Shown piece after piece: positions 63,301-64,000 of a stretch of 64,000 nucleotides of DNA (position 1 is the stretch's first letter; the number at the start of each line of letters is the position of its first letter). Below the pieces are notes generated by a model. The model was not told the origin of the DNA and ran no database searches. It saw only the letters and a list, made by a program, of their open reading frames with translations. The DNA comes from Lytechinus pictus (taxonomy: Eukaryota): contig NC_087246.1 of NCBI RefSeq assembly GCF_037042905.1, positions 68,200,001 to 68,264,000 of the forward strand. The letters run 5' to 3'. Both the position numbers and the translations under genes were made by a program.

Positions 63301-64000
63301 TTTCAGACCATCTTTCATCCTGTTTTGCTAACCTTATCTCCAGTCACAACCAATTATTTCATCAGATTCATCCTATATCTCCTGTAAGTATAATGAAGAT
63401 TCAGCTCAATATGAGTACTGAAAATTATTATTTTTTCTTAGAACTGCTTTTTAACTTGTAGAAATACATGAGATTCTTTTAGAACTGTACACAAGTTTGA
63501 TGCATTCAATTTCAATCCATTATAAAATGTGATAGTTTAAACCTAGTGAAATTGAATACTTTTAGAAAGCCTGAAAGGTAATAAAGGGTTGACTCTGTAT
63601 ATACACATGATCTTATCTGGACATTGCTGTACAGTATTGTCATCTGGATATGGTGCTGCTAGTACATGATGTGGCTACATGAGTTTAACAGCTGGTTGGA
63701 ATGAAATATTTAAAAAAAAATGTTTTTTTTTGGTGGGGCCAATAAGGCATCATTAGCAGAGGGTTTTAAGACTTTTGAAATTGCATATTTTCTACAACAT
63801 GTATCCTCACAATTATAAAGTGTCCCTCTCTTCCAGAACAAAATAAATGAATCAATAATAGTTCAAAGGCATTAATTACATAGTCATTGTGTGGATACTA
63901 ATAAGGTATTTTGTATATTTTTACAGGATGAGTGTTCCATGCATTTTCCAGTTCCCTACTCTCCTCGGAGGCATCTGTCTCTTTATTGCATCTCTCATCT
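57270..64000 (+). CDS. CYBA: Cytochrome b-245 light chain (p22phox), 3'-partial gene: join(57270-57342, 59162-59228, 62295-62369, 63300-63383, 63927->64000)
   Basis: MPEEKMMTNEWAMWANEHAFVSAVVMLMGGIVGVFGFDGAAFAYYTIVASVLVIIIEYPRGMRRKGSTVERRFQ...TTNYFIRFILYLLMSVPCIFQFPTLLGGICLFIASLI. Hallmark EWAMWANE and EYPRGxRxKGST motifs; intron phases compatible. Confidence 0.95.
59162..59228 (+). CDS. CYBA: CYBA exon 2
   Basis: MLMGGIVGVFGF...AYYT; followed by U12 donor GTATCCTTT. Confidence 0.92.
59229..62294 (+). other. U12-type (minor spliceosome) GT-AG intron, CYBA intron 2
   Basis: 5' end GTATCCTTT; branch site TCCTTGAC at 62274-62281, 13 nt before the intron end; no polypyrimidine tract. Confidence 0.92.
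62295..62369 (+). CDS. CYBA: CYBA exon 3
   Basis: VASVLVIIIEYPRGMRRKGSTVER; preceded by U12 branch site TCCTTGAC. Confidence 0.95.
62620..63060. repeat. Polypyrimidine low-complexity tract in CYBA intron 3
   Basis: CTCCCTCCTCCTTG-type repeats, nearly purine-free on the + strand. Confidence 0.85.
63300..63383 (+). CDS. CYBA: CYBA exon 4
   Basis: FQTIFHPVLLTLSPVTTNYFIRFILYL; TAG| and |GTAAGT. Confidence 0.92.
63927..64000 (+). CDS. CYBA: CYBA exon 5 (runs off window)
   Basis: TTTTTACAG| then MSVPCIFQFPTLLGGICLFIASLI. Confidence 0.9.

Overview
AT-rich, intron-rich animal genomic DNA. The repeat families suggest a sea urchin such as Lytechinus; this is an inference. One N-gap lies at 18313-18485. 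Three spliced protein-coding genes can be reconstructed by hand, although the ORF track misses most exons: (1) the 5' part of CYHR1/ZFTRAF1 (minus; exons 17708-17502, 11092-10854, 194-<1); (2) a complete 9-exon SSR1/TRAP-alpha gene (minus; 45214-28808, 307 aa); (3) the 5' part of CYBA/p22phox (plus; 57270->64000), which has a U12-type intron. The rest is dense, often nested, non-autonomous DNA transposons, SINEs, microsatellites and a ~700-bp tandem triplication just upstream of CYBA. The most interesting signal is in the SSR1 introns. A 338-nt sense-strand box C/D RNA occurs as two 99%-identical copies (introns 2 and 5). It has correct K-turn geometry, a ~270-nt structured insert between boxes D' and C', and a guide matching the 28S GCCAAAUGCCU segment. 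A second long C/D-like RNA sits in intron 6, and weaker structured candidates sit in introns 3, 7 and 8. CYHR1 intron 2 shows stop-at-donor and decoy-donor architecture suggestive of regulated unproductive splicing.
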